This document shows positions 1-13,792 of a stretch of 64,000 nt of DNA, one piece after another. The DNA is taken from positions 15,810,001 to 15,874,000 of the forward strand of contig OX597824.1 of the NCBI GenBank assembly GCA_951406725.2. The letters are read 5' to 3'. Below the pieces are notes generated by a model. It did no database searches. It had not been told where the DNA came from and saw nothing but the letters and a program-made list of their open reading frames with translations. Source of the DNA: Octopus vulgaris (Eukaryota). The translations under genes were made by a program, and so were the position numbers. Within the stretch, counting starts at the first letter, position 1, and every line of letters begins with the position of its first letter.

Positions 1-237
1 TTATTAAATGTATGTATATATGCAAGTGTTACTGTTGGTATGTGCTATTCACTCTCTCTTTCTCTCTCCCCCTCTCTCTCTCTCTCTCTCACTCTCTCAC
101 TCCCTCTCTCTCTCTGAAGTGTGTGTAAATTATATTAATTTAGCTTTTCATGGTTAGATAACTTACTTATGGCGTTGTTTTTAAAACAAGAAATATTTAA
201 AATTAAGTTGTTATTGAGTATTTAACGTTCAATTACT

Positions 238-238
<1 letters not shown>

Positions 239-316
<78 letters not shown>

Positions 317-451
317 GTCTGTCTGTCTGTCTGTCATTCTGTATGTCTGTTTGTCTGTTTGTCTGTCTGACTGTCTATCTATTTATCTATCGATCTATCT
401 GTCTGTCTGTGTTTCTATGTATGTATGTATGTGTGTATGTATGCATGTATG

Positions 452-493
<42 letters not shown>

Positions 494-537
494 CTTATCT
501 GTCTGTCTGTCTGTCATTCTGTCTGTCTGTCTGTCAT

Positions 538-569
<32 letters not shown>

Positions 570-593
570 ACGGTCTATTTATCTATCGAGCTA

Positions 594-630
<37 letters not shown>

Positions 631-780
631 ATATCTATCTATCTATCTGCCTATTTATCTTTATGTATATACACATTTTCCTTCCTGATGCATGCATACA
701 TACATACATACATACATACATACATACATACATACATACATACATGCATACATACATACATACATACATGCATACATATC
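239..780. repeat. Compound microsatellite (TATC)n/(TCTG)n/(TACA)n
   Basis: Direct tetranucleotide arrays; they explain the SIYL/HTYI ORFs. Confidence 0.95.
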
Positions 781-1394
781 TCTATCTGCGTGTGTTCTCT
801 TGAGTATGTCGAGTGAATTTTTATTCGCACTCATAGCAACCTTAGATGTTAACTGTTTATTTCCTTCCGCTTATCGATATGTGAAAAATTGACAACCTTC
901 TACTATGTTTCTTGAAAGTTGTTTTTTATACCTTATACGGACTGCTCAAAACTTACTAGCTTCCTACACCTGGATCTTTGGACCTTGAAATTAGAATATT
1001 TTCTTTCATCCACTCCAAGGCCCTGAAAATGGACGACGTCAACGCTACGAACCAAAATAGTTACGTCATTTTCTATGAAAATCGTTCTTTTCCTTTGGTT
1101 ACATCCGTCTTTATAAAGAAAATGCATTATATTTTTGTCAATATGTAATGATGTGTGTTTGAGCATATATATATATGAAAAAATACATACACACATACAT
1201 ATTTATATATATGCAAATATGTATGTATGTATAGACACATACATACATACACACACACATACACACAAACACATACACACACACACACATATATATATAT
1301 GTATACACATACACCCTATTCTCACGCACGCACATACACACAGGCACACACACATATATTCGGTGTTTATGTTATATTCTTTCTTGGATGAGTC

Positions 1395-1445
<51 letters not shown>

Positions 1446-1448
1446 GTA

Positions 1449-1491
<43 letters not shown>

Positions 1492-1494
1492 GTA

Positions 1495-1583
<89 letters not shown>

Positions 1584-2612
1584 ATATATATATAAATATG
1601 TATATATATATATATGTATGTATGTATGCATGTATAACATTTTGTATATGTTTGTGTGTACGTGTGTCATTATGCAAGTGTGTATGTGTAGATATTTATG
1701 TGTATGTATACACGTTCGTAATGACATGTTTCTATTCACTCTGGCGTGTGTCCCCTGTAAACACGAATGAATAAATAACTACATACATAATATGTGTATG
1801 TAACAAATATTAAACCTAACAGATCTGCTCCCAGCTGTCCCCTTTTCCCACCGCATCACCTTCAACCGCCTTCACCCCCACCCCACCCCCGCCCACGTGT
1901 AATAATCGATTATTCTATATTCTAATGATTGGCCAATTGGTGTGTTCCTAAAGCTTCCTGCGGCATTGTTGTCGGAGAAGAGGCATCGTTGGTGAATTTG
2001 CTCCAGACCACAAGAGTTTTTACGTTGTATTTGCATAAATATGTACAGGTTTATTGTCTGGTGTGAATTCTGCGCATTGTTAATTGAAACTGGGACTATG
2101 AGATATGGAAGGATTGAAGGGGGGGGGGAGGAGGTAAATAGATAAATAGATAAATGGATAGACAAACACTAAGATAAGATATACAGAGAGAGAGAGAGAG
2201 AGAGAGAAGAGAAGAGAGGAAGGCTGGGAGGAAATGGAAAGCATTATAGTCGAGAGAATTTCTGTTTCTGTTACATTCTCCCAGTCTCTCCTTCTTGCTC
2301 TCTTTTTCTCTTTCTTCACACACACGCACACACACACACACACACACACAACACACACACACACTCTCTCTCTCACACACACAACACACACACAAATATA
2401 TTTCCATACGCGGGATATAATGTAGGTATAATTTGCATATATATATGAGTGTTGCATGTGTGTATGCACATATAATATGATATATATATATATATATATA
2501 TATCATATGGGTATACATAATATATAAATGTGTGTGCATGTATGTATGTATATATATATATATATATATATGCATATCTATCTATCTATCTATCTATATA
2601 TATATATACAGA

Positions 2613-2740
<128 letters not shown>

Positions 2741-3050
2741 TATATTCATACATACACAGACATTCATATACATACATACATACATACATACATACATACA
2801 TACATACATACATACATACATACATACATACATACATACGTGTAGATGCCAGTGTGTATACGTAGTACGTGTGTATGTGTGTGTGTGTTTGTAAGTACGA
2901 AAATATGCGTCTACATATGTGATTATGCGACGTGAGTTTGCATATAAGATTTGCTCATTACGTGTTTGAGTGAAAGGATTAAGATGGGGGGAAAAAACAT
3001 TAAAAAATACTTCTCAAAGAGGGAGTTAGAGAACGAGAACTATACATACA

Positions 3051-3174
<124 letters not shown>

Positions 3175-3788
3175 GTTATATATATTTTATTAATGTATCT
3201 ATATTAATAATATACGTGCATATTATTATATATTAATCTGTGTATGTGTTTCTGCTTGTGTGACATGAAATATAAATATATGGAAATGTATATTTAAAAA
3301 CAGAGACGGCAAGAAAGAATGTAAAATACGATGGGGAAAGGCCGGAGTGGGGAGCTTGACAAAACGTTTTGATCGTGTTTATATATATATACATATATAT
3401 GTTATTATCATTATTATTATTATTGTTGTTTTTATTATTGTTGTTTTTGTTATTGTTGTTTGTGTAGCCTTTGTGGTATTTCTTGTTGTTGTTGGTATTG
3501 ATCTTTTCTTCCTAATTATTTTTTGTTCACGTCTTTTCCTTCTTGTTTTTTATTATTGTTGTTGTTGTTGTTGTTGTTGTTGTTATCGTACTTATTGTTG
3601 TTTTCTGCATTGTTAGTGTTGTTGTTGTTGTTGTTGTTGAAAATATGGGAATTGATGCAATTATATTTGTTATTGTTTTGGGTCTTGTTTATCTTTTTTT
3701 CTTCTTGTTTTCATCTTACCGTTTATATTGTTCGTATTGTAATCGTTATCAGTTATAGTTTTTATTTTATTGTTGTTTCTTGCTTTAT

Positions 3789-3852
<64 letters not shown>

Positions 3853-4339
3853 ACATTGTAGAATGACAGGAAGGGGAGGAGCTGGAGGAAGAGAAGAAGA
3901 AGAAGGAAGAAGGAAGGAAGGAGGGTAGGGCGGAAGTGTGACGACGCCCATGACAACTCGTAGACCTTCCCACATAAATTAGACAATGGTGTTGATATTC
4001 AATTTGAACTTCCATGGATTCCTGTAGGTGGTGGTGGTCATAGGGAAACAGAAACAAGAACGATGTGGGTTCCAGAGGGATCAAATCTAGCATTGAAAGA
4101 CTGTAATACGAAGTTAATGACCTTGTGAGACGCAAGAGGAGCTGTAGGCGCATCTGGTGAGTCAAGGAGGGGCGGTTCACAAACGTAGGTTACCTCGGTA
4201 GAAGTGAAATACAGCAGATTTAGTATATTTCTATGTAAGTGCTTGTAATGTTTGGTGAGTAAAATCTATCCTATGCGCAAACTGGTTCAGTTTTTGATGC
4301 TATTGTTGTCGTTATTGGTAGTGGTGGTCGTAGTGGGGA

Positions 4340-4860
4340 CATTGGTCGAATTATTAGAACGTTGGATAAAATGTCACGTGCATTTCCTGCTCTTTACATT
4401 CTGAGTTCAAACCCTATCAAAGTCAATTCTGCTTTTCCTCAATCTGGGTTTGTGAAAATATATTGCTAGGTCGACTGTATGGAGGCGCAATGGCCCAGTA
4501 GTTAGGGCAGCGGACTCACGGTCGGAGGATCGCGGTTTCGATTCCCAGACCTGGCGTTGTGTGTGTTTATTGAGCGAAAACACCTAAAAGCTCCACGACG
4601 CGTCGGCAATGGGTGGTGGCGACCCCTGTTGTACTCTTTCGCCACAACTTTTTCTCACTCTCTCTTCCTGTTTCTTGAGTAACGCAGCGATGGACTGGCG
4701 TCCTGTCCAGCTGGGGAGAACACATACGCCACAGAAACCGGGAAACCGGGCCCATGAGCCTGGCTAGGCTTGAAAAGGGCGACGTTTATCGTTTAAGGTC
4801 GATGGTATCAACTTACCCTCTTCACTCATACTTGCTGGTCTTGTGTCTAAACCGGAACCA
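4340..4860 (+). mobile_element. Old, degenerate B-like SINE interrupted by a group C SINE
   Basis: CATTCTGAGTTCAAACCC B-box near 4400; the sequence resumes as GGTCGATGGTATCAACTTACC after 4796; AGGTCGA is duplicated around the insert. Confidence 0.45.
4481..4790 (+). mobile_element. tRNA-derived SINE, group C subtype 1 (V-domain-like tail)
   Basis: A-box TGGCCCAGTAGTTAG, B-box GGTTTCGATTCCC, tail GCGATGGACTGGCGTCCTGTCCAG; related copy at 11051-11356. Confidence 0.85.
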
Positions 4861-4977
4861 TAAAGTTCGGTGAACTAACACAAATAATTGGTGGCATATG
4901 TTCCGAGCTGGTAGATCTAATAGAACGTCGGAAAAATATTTTGTTTGTGTCACGGATGCAAATGACTATGTCTAGAC

Positions 4978-5107
4978 CAAGTATAGGCAACCATTTTTGA
5001 GAAGCGGTCCGCGTGAAACATGGATCATAATCAGGCGGGCCGCACTACTAAAAAGATTCAATGTAATTTTTCCTTAAGTCCCGCAGGCTGCAGTTTCCAC
5101 ATGATCA
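4978..5107. mobile_element. Degenerate hAT (Charlie-like) MITE
   Basis: Starts CAAGTATAGGCAACC after GTCTAGAC (4970-4977) and ends before GACTAGAC (5108-5115), an 8-bp NTCTAGAN-type TSD. Confidence 0.55.
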
Positions 5108-5115
5108 GACTAGAC

Positions 5116-5301
5116 CAGTGCTCCGCAACCTTTTCCACTCTTGCGGTACACTTATATTCTTTTCAAAATTCGGCGGCACATTTGAATTAAAACTACAACT
5201 AAAAGTAAAGGGGGAAAATTTTATTCGGGTTAAACTGCGGCACACCTAGCATTGTCTTGAGGCATACCAGTGCACCGCGGCATGCCGGTTACGGAGCACT
5301 G
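5116..5301. mobile_element. hAT (Charlie-like) MITE
   Basis: 15-bp TIRs CAGTGCTCCGCAACC / GGTTACGGAGCACTG (14/15), internal GCGGCACA motifs, flanks GACTAGAC / GTCCAGAG. Confidence 0.8.
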
Positions 5302-5389
5302 GTCCAGAGTCCTATGTCAGGACGAATAAATCAGAGTGAAGAATAATCCCTCTACAAGTGTGCTCATCGTTATAGATATTTAATAATTA

Positions 5390-5596
5390 TTTGTACTCAA
5401 GGAACAAGGCCTATAAAATTTTGAGGGAAGGGTGCTAGCCGATTATATCGACCCCAGTACTTATTTCATCGACCCCAAAAAAGGATAAAAGACAAAGTCG
5501 GCCTCGGTGGAATTTGGACTCAGAATGTAGCAGCAGACGAAATACCGATACGCATTTCACGCGCCGTGCTAACGATTCTACCAGTTTGCCGCCTTA
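5390..5596 (-). mobile_element. tRNA-derived SINE group B (alternative tail)
   Basis: Reverse strand reads GGCGGCAAACTGGTAGAATCGTTAGCACG head, B-box and central domain. Confidence 0.8.
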
Positions 5597-5611
5597 GTCA
5601 ACACCCTGATA

Positions 5612-6940
5612 ATACTTTCTACTGTAGACACAAGGTCTGAAACTTTGGGGTAGGGGACCAGTCGATGTAATCGACTCCAGTGTTTCACTGGTTCTTAATT
5701 TATCGACCCCAAAAGAATGAAAGGCAAAGTCGATGTCGGCGGAATTTGAACTCAGAACGTAGCGGCAGACGAAATACCTATTTCTTTACTACCCACAAGG
5801 GGCTAAACACAGAGAGGACAAACAAGGACAGACAAACGGATTAAGTCGATTACATCGACTCCAGTGCGTAACTGGTACTTATTTAATCGACCCCGAAAGG
5901 ATGAAAGTCAAAATCGACCTCGGTGGAATTTGATCTCAGAGCGTAGCGGCAGACGAAATACCTATTTCTTTACTACCCACAAGGGGCTAAACACAGAGGG
6001 GACAAACAAGGACAGACAAACGGATTAAGTCGATTACATCGACCCCAGTGCGTAACTTGTACTTATTTAATCGACCCCGAAAGGATGAAAGGTAAAGTCG
6101 ACCTCGGTGGAATTTGAACTCAGAACGTAGCGGCAGACGAAATACCTATTTCTATTTCTTTACTACCCACAAGGGGCTAAACACAGAGGGGACAAACAAC
6201 GACAGACAAACGGATTAAGTCGATTACATCGACCCCAGTGCGTAACTGGTACTTATTTAATCGACCCCGAAAGGATGAAAGGTAAAGTCGACCTCGGTGG
6301 AATTTGATCTCAGAGCGTAGCGGCAGACGAAATACCTATTTCTTTACTACCCACAAGGGGCTAAACACAGAGGGGACAAACAAGGACAGACAAACGGATT
6401 AAGTCGATTACATCGACCCCAGTGCGTAACTTGTACTTATTTAATCGACCCCGAAAGGATGAAAGGTAAAGTCGACCTCGGTGGAATTTGAACTCAGAAC
6501 GTAGCGGCAGACGAAATACCTATTTCTATTTCTTTACTACCCACAAGGGGCTAAACACAGAGAGGACAAACAAGGACAGACAAACGGATTAAGTCGATTA
6601 CATCGACCCCAGTGCGTAACTTGTACTTATTTAATCGACCCCGAAAGGATGAAAGGTAAAGTCGACCTCGGTGGAATTTGATCTCAGAGCGTAGCGGCAG
6701 ACGAAATACCTATTTCTTTACTACCCACAAGGGGCTAAACACAGAGGGGACAAACAAGGACAGACAAACGGATTAAGTCGATTACATCGACCCCAGTGCG
6801 TAACTTGTACTTATTTAATCGACCCCGAAAGGATGAAAGTCAAAATCGACCTCGGTGGAATTTGAAATCAGAACGTAGCGGCAGACGAAATACCGCAAAG
6901 CATTTCGCCCAGCGTGTTAACGTTTCTGCTAGCTCGCTCT
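5612..6940 (-). repeat. Tandem concatemer of SINE group B: one head plus 7 body units of 184/190 bp
   Basis: GAAATACC marker at 5771, 5955, 6139, 6329, 6513, 6703, 6887; head only at about 6890-6940. Confidence 0.95.
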
Positions 6941-7786
6941 TATGGATATTTAATAATGTTAGTATAAGTAGAATGTGACTAATATAACTTAACCCTCGGG
7001 CACATTGAATTTAATAAATGCCAGTCTGACACATTTTGTTTAAAAAAACTTGGAATTGTCAACAGAGAACATGAAATCCAAGAAAACTGAGTCGGATTAT
7101 GTCCAGAGTATGTAATATTCCAACGTTGAAAGAATTATCAGGCGAAATAGCATTGCTCTCTCATAAGTCTTAAAATGCGCAAGGCTGCTGATCAACGTCG
7201 TAGGCGTGTGAGATTATGGCCGATCAGGTTTTATAAAGATCGGTTTGTAGGTCACTGAAGAGGATAAGATACCAGACGCAATGGAGGAGTGGTGGTTTAA
7301 CTAATACGTAGCAGGAATATTTAGCACTTGCAGAACGCTTGGGAATCGAACTCGGATCGCTCGATCCGTTAGAAAAAGTAATAAGAATTAAGGAACTCGA
7401 AAATTTCTACCATCACCTTTGAAATGTAGGGTGTGAGAGGGATAGACCAGTCGCTGATCGGGGAGGAAATGTTCTTTCTAAAGTGGGACACGCCTCAGTA
7501 ACCCCCATAGGGTGAGAATTAATCCCAGCAGAGAGCGGGGTTAAGATAGAGACAGAAAGAGAGAGGGGGGAGAGAGAAAGGGAAGAGAGTGTATGATGGT
7601 TCTGGAGAGTTTTAGGTGCAGGTCCTGCGGTTTACAGTTTGAAAGTATTAGGGACCGTCTCGACCAGCTAAGATGGAGCGAAGTTGTGTGGCAGGGGAAG
7701 GGTTTTCGCAGTTGGCGACTGGGCACACATGTTGATGGAGAGGCGGGGAAGTAGCGAAGGTTAAGTGTCTGTGTGTGTGTGAATGT

Positions 7787-7857
<71 letters not shown>

Positions 7858-8220
7858 TGTGTGTGTGCTTTGGAAGTCATATGAGCAGCAAATGTGGTCG
7901 CTTTATCAGCAAGACTTCTACTTACAAAACCGAGGTTTTTTTGAAGTGTGGAAGATTGTGTAGGTGGAGTCTGCGAGAGTTCGGTAGAGACACGCTTGCT
8001 GCTGCTGCTGCTGCTACTACTGCTGCTGTTGTTGTGGCTTTCGCTGCTGCTGTTGTTGCTGCTGTTGAAGTCGACGGCGGTGACTTTACTGCTGTTGTCC
8101 TTGCAGTTCTTATTGTTGCTATTGCTTTTGTTTTTTTTTTGTTGTATGAATGAATAAATATTGCCCCTGGCTGTTTACTCAACTTATCTATGTAAATTGT
8201 CCTGCTTCTCGCATACAACA

Positions 8221-8269
<49 letters not shown>

Positions 8270-8314
8270 TGCACACAAACACTCTCACACACAAATACGC
8301 AAACACACACACAA

Positions 8315-8348
<34 letters not shown>

Positions 8349-8479
8349 GCACATACATAGGCAATGCATATTTCTTTGTTTTTTGGGGGTTTTTTTTCCC
8401 TTCTGCAATATTTCTGTGTTTTCGTCATTACCCTTGTTGCTGCAGTGTTTTAAAAATATTTTTTTGTTATAAACGATAT

Positions 8480-8600
8480 TTGTTGTTGTTGTTGTTGTTG
8501 TTCATCATCATCATCATCATCATCATCGTCGTCGTCGTCGTCGTCTTCTTCTTCTTCTTTTCTTCTTCTTTTCTTCTCTTTCTTTTTTCCTTTTCTTTTT

Positions 8601-8632
<32 letters not shown>

Positions 8633-8920
8633 TTTTCTTTCTTTCTTTTCTTCTTTGTCCTCGTCTTTATCTTCGTCATTTTTTTGTCCGTAAGAATTCT
8701 TCCTCCTCTCCCTCTTCTTCTTCTTCTTCCTCCTCCTCCTCCTCCTCCTCATCATCATCATCATCGTCATCATCATCATCATCATCATCATCATGATCAT
8801 CTTCCCTCCTCCTCCTCCTCCTCATTATCATCATTATCATCATCATCATCATCATCATCATTATTATTATTATTATCATTATTATCATTATCATTATTAT
8901 TATTATTATCATTATTATTA

Positions 8921-8963
<43 letters not shown>

Positions 8964-8977
8964 TATTATCATTATTA

Positions 8978-9008
<31 letters not shown>

Positions 9009-9055
9009 TATTATTATTATCATTATTATTATTATTATTATTATTATCATCCTCA

Positions 9056-9098
<43 letters not shown>

Positions 9099-9121
9099 TA
9101 TTATTATTATCATTATTATTA

Positions 9122-9152
<31 letters not shown>

Positions 9153-9350
9153 CATCATCATTATTCCATTTGTTGTTTCCTTGTTTATTGCTGGGGTTGT
9201 TCCCTGTGTGATTGTTGTTGTTTTTGTTATTGTTATTGTTATTGTTACTGTTGTTGTTGTTGTTGTTGTTACTATTGTGTTTTTTGTTGCAGTTGCTGGT
9301 GCCGTTATTATTGTTGTTGTTGTTGTTCTTGTTGTTGTTGTTGTTGCCGA
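8480..9350. repeat. Long compound trinucleotide tract (TTG/TCA/TTC/TTA)
   Basis: Direct; source of poly-L/S/H/Y ORFs. Confidence 0.95.
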
Positions 9351-9743
9351 AGCAGTAGTCGTTGCCGTTGTGCTACGTGTTTATTAATTCATAATCATCC
9401 GTTATTGACGTGAAGCCGGCGGCAATCGGAGTAAATATGTCTTTTACAACGGAACCGACAACATGTCGGTCGCTAGTTGACATTGTTTGTGAAAAACAAG
9501 GAGGTAGGAGGAGTAGGAGGAAAAAGAGTTAAGGGGTGAGGAAGAGGTGGAGGACGGACGAGAACGGTTAGGGAGAGTGGAGAGGGGAGGATGAAGGGGA
9601 GGGGTGGTAGATAACGGAGAAAAGGAGGGAATATACGAATGTATGTTTGTATGTATGTATGTGTGTGCGTATGTATGTATGTGTGTATGGATGTATGTAT
9701 ATTTCTATGCAATACACACACAGACACACACATACACACACAT

Positions 9744-9780
<37 letters not shown>

Positions 9781-9998
9781 CAATGTTGGTTATTGGATTG
9801 TGTAGTACTGTAAAGTGTGTATGTTGGTTTGTAGCCTTGTAGATCGACTATATATGTATGTGTGTGTGTATATATATGTATGTGTGTATGTATATATATG
9901 TATGCATATATATATATATATATATATACATATACACTCACACACATATGTACATACATATATATATGCATACACACATATATACATGCGTACATACA

Positions 9999-10050
<52 letters not shown>

Positions 10051-10053
<3 letters not shown>

Positions 10054-10215
10054 ACAGTTTACGAAAACTACAAATGACGAATACTGGCGGTGTAGAAAAC
10101 AAGCTGAGGAATTGAAAAAGTCTTTAACGTTTCGAGCCTACGTCCTTCTACAGAAAGGGACACAGAAATAAACAAGGAGAGAAACAAGGAGAGGAAAAAA
10201 ATGTGCGTAGTGGAT
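10051..10215 (-). mobile_element. Penelope-like pLTR fragment with minimal hammerhead-like motif
   Basis: Minus strand 10157-10122: CTTT-CTGTAGA-AGGACGTAGGCTC-GAAA-CG-TT-AAAG; homologous to 60385-60550; abuts (TA)n. Confidence 0.65.
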
Positions 10216-11050
10216 ACATATGTAAACATATAAATAGATATATTATATATGTATATATACACACACATATCTATCAAAAGGATGTTATAATACTTTTCCA
10301 TAACCATACCAACAATCCAACATACCGCCATCATCAGCTGCCCCACGGATATCATTATGGTTTCGACACCTGGGCAGTACCATTTAATCCGGCGGTGTCA
10401 GCAGTACCAAAATAAGTGTCGCTTGGGAACATACAAACAAACCAAAGAAACCACAAGTCTCAAACACATTTACCCAATGTACAACCGTATCGATAAATAT
10501 ATTCCATAAGTAAATATATATGTATATGTATGTGAGTATGTATGTAGATATGTATGTATGTATGTTTATATGTATGGTGGTGCAAGTAAATGGCGTAAGA
10601 AAGACTCTGCGATGTTGTGAAATTGTTATGTGGAAGCGGTGTTGTGCTGTAGCTGTGTAAATATAGTGTAGTTATTGAGACTTGGTAATGACAGTTTGAT
10701 TGTCTTCACCTGATGCTGTAGAGGAGATGCCGAAATTATGGTAGAGAGGCGTGTTTGCATGATGATGTAATGGCTGCTATGTAGTCGTACACTGACGTAC
10801 GTCGAGCATACAAAGATAAGATAGTAAGGAGCGGGTGGTGCTACTGTGGTAGTGCAGAGTTGTTCCGCTGTGGTCTTAATCTACAGTGGTAGTGTGATGA
10901 GGAAGTTTGGCTTTATAGCATGTTCCGATAGATATAATTGCGGTTATGTAGCGTTGGTGCATTTATAGGAGTTGTACAGAGGTGACATAATTGTATGTAA
11001 GGAATTGTGGAGATGTAGAACGGCTGTGTGGTTGTGATGGTTTTGGTGGT

Positions 11051-11356
11051 TGTTTGTTCCTTCACGAGCCGTACCTGGCTCATAAGGGCCGGTTTCCCGG
11101 TTTCCTTGGCGTATAGATTCCCCACCTGGACGGAGCGCCGGTCCATCGCAGGTGAGCTGCAAGATGCAGGAGGAAAAAGTGAGAGAAAGTTGTGGCGAAA
11201 GAGTCAGCAGAAGTTTCGCTATTACTTTCTGCCGGAGCCGCGTGGAGCTTAGGTGTTTCGCTCATAAACACACACATCGTCCGGTCTGAGATTCGAACCA
11301 GCGATCCCTCGACTGCGAGTCCGCTGCTCCAACCACTAGGCCATGCGCCTCCACAC
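11051..11356 (-). mobile_element. SINE group C subtype 1
   Basis: Same head and V-like tail as 4481-4790; 11-bp TSD GTTTTGGTGGT (11040-11050, 11357-11367). Confidence 0.85.
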
Positions 11357-11891
11357 GTTTTGGTGGTAACTTATCTGTAGTGTTGATGGTTGTGGTAGTA
11401 GCGTAAATTGATCATGTAATAGTACAGCCTTTATGATTGTACGTTCTTACTGAGAATGACTGTGGTTGAACGGATATATGGACGGTTCATGGATGGCTGA
11501 ATAGATGGATGTATGGTTGAATGGATAGATGTACGAATGAATGTATGTATATTTTTCTTTGAAATTTATTTTACTTGTTTCAATCACATGAGTGCAGCCA
11601 TGCTGGAGCACCGCCTTAAAGTTCTTTTTAAAAGAGTTCAACAATGTAACAGGAATTTTTGAGTTCCTTGTGTTTGTAAATGTGTAGCTGAGTTTGTGTG
11701 TTGGTTGGATTGTCGTTGCACACAACCACGTGTGTGCACATATTCATTCAAAGAGTCTCAGATGGAGGATCTTTGGAATGCCATACAAGTTTTCACTGGG
11801 CTGAAATTTGGCGCACGGTAGGAGGAATCTTAAAGTCAAAACTACTAAAATAAACATATCGTACGGAAACCAACTCTCGAAGCAAGTCATC

Positions 11892-11957
<66 letters not shown>

Positions 11958-11995
11958 TATACGTACATTCATATATATATATATATATATATATA

Positions 11996-12083
11996 CCCCC
12001 CTGCTTCCATTTCCTGAGCGCCTATTAATAATAATACTGTAATTGTTCCCTTGTTGTTGTTTTTTTGTTTCCCGTTTGGATTA

Positions 12084-12088
<5 letters not shown>
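11996..12088 (+). mobile_element. 3' part of a Penelope-like pLTR fragment
   Basis: TTTCCTGAGCGCC..AATAATAC..GTTTGGATTAA matches 51297-51372; inserted in (TA)n. Confidence 0.5.
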
Positions 12089-12124
<36 letters not shown>

Positions 12125-12129
12125 GTATA

Positions 12130-12295
12130 GGCGTAGGAGTGGCTGTGTGGTAAGTAGCTTGCTTACCAACCACATGGTTCCGGGTTCAGCCTCACTGCGT
12201 GACACATTGGGCAAGTGTCTTCTACTATAGCCTCGGGCCGACCAAAGCCTTGTGAGTGGATTTGGTTGACGGAAACTGAAAGAAGCCCGTCGTAC
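12130..12295 (+). mobile_element. SINE group A (CORE-type), 5' half
   Basis: GGCGTAGGAGTGGCTGTGTGGTAAG head, GGTTCAG B-box, TTGGGCAAGT core-like motif; ends in the internal microsatellite. Confidence 0.85.
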
Positions 12296-12378
12296 ATATG
12301 TATATATATATGTGTGTGTGTATATTTAAATATGTATATGTATATATGTGTATATTTATGTGTTTGTGTATATATATG

Positions 12379-12422
<44 letters not shown>

Positions 12423-12615
12423 TTTATCCTTTCACCTTATACAGTATTGAATACATGATGTGGTTCTAGAGTGAGGTTTTGAGTGCTATTTCAAACATAG
12501 TGGTTTCCCTTAGATACCCTTATTTATAATTATGATAATAATAATTATAACCTACAAGGTCTTTTACTTGACATGCTGCCACTTGATTTGATCGTTATTT
12601 AAATAACTGTCATAT

Positions 12616-12681
<66 letters not shown>

Positions 12682-12699
12682 CTTGCTAGGTCTGGTGGG

Positions 12700-12880
12700 A
12701 GGCTCTCTGCCCATGCCCTCTGCTGGAACTGGTAGACTTGTGAGATTGATGCCGTTAATATTCCTCTTGCAAGTCAAGAACTGAATAAAAGACATGATCA
12801 GGGAGGAATTCCAGCGAGTCGGAATTCTGGGAAGGAATGTCCAGACGCACTGGTTATTTACTACACGTCCTAGAGGAAAT
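12700..12880 (-). mobile_element. Degenerate CR1/L2-group LINE ORF2 3' end
   Basis: Minus strand gives TFLPRIPTRWNS and KRNINGINLTS, resembling the FxPRTxxLWNSLP motif; homologous to 35030-35135. Confidence 0.55.
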
Positions 12881-13068
12881 GGACACGCAACAAGAGTGGT
12901 GGAAGGAAAGAAGGATGATGGGGAGGAGAGTACCTAAGTGTGTGTGTGTGAGTGTGTGAGGGGAGCTTGAAGGAGTTTAAGCCAATCATATGGTGCATAC
13001 CTCTTCTGAATGCGATAGATATAGCAACAGCAGCTGCAGCATCGAATACAACAGTAGTAGTAGTAGTG

Positions 13069-13122
<54 letters not shown>

Positions 13123-13595
13123 TATGTGTTCATGCTCGATTTGCGTTCCAGATTTAGAAAATGCTTTACAATTATTATAGCTGGGAGAAAAAATATCAAA
13201 ACCGTTTTAACGACAGAGAAATTTACAGACACAGCTAGAGATATGGAGGGTGAGAGAGGGGGAGAGAGAGAGGGGGATAAAAAGAGAGAGAGAGAGAGGG
13301 AGAGAGAGAAGGAGGGAGAGAGAGGGAAACAGAAGTAGAGAGGTGGGGGAGAGAAAGACAGTCACATAAACGCATACACACATATACGTTTTAAGCCTCA
13401 AACACTCACAACGGTATATATACAAATATATACACAGACATACATATATATACCTATAGAAATTCATACATACATAAATATATATATATACATATATATA
13501 CATACATATATATACATATATATACACATACATATATATATATATACATATATATATACATACATATATATATATACATATATATATATATACAC

Positions 13596-13678
<83 letters not shown>

Positions 13679-13750
13679 ATCATATGTGTATACATGTATA
13701 TGTATTTATGAACAAAGACACATATTCATGCATACATATGAATATATATA

Positions 13751-13789
<39 letters not shown>

Positions 13790-13792
<3 letters not shown>

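Noticed and set aside
3960-4130. Open frame DNGVDIQFELPWIPVGGGGH...
   Set aside because: Short, no recognisable family, no clear splice boundaries
4481-4555. tRNA genes at SINE heads (also 54117 and the group A/B heads)
   Set aside because: A/B boxes are present but there is no proper acceptor stem, and each continues into a SINE body, several with TSDs
5612-6940. Array considered as CRISPR-like or as a hammerhead retrozyme
   Set aside because: Units are near-identical with no unique spacers, the context is eukaryotic, and there is no CUGANGA on either strand of the unit
10324-10396. Minus-strand hairpin containing CUGAUGA and CGAAA (possible type II hammerhead or pre-miRNA)
   Set aside because: Stems I-III do not close properly around the core, and the large internal loops are unlike a pre-miRNA
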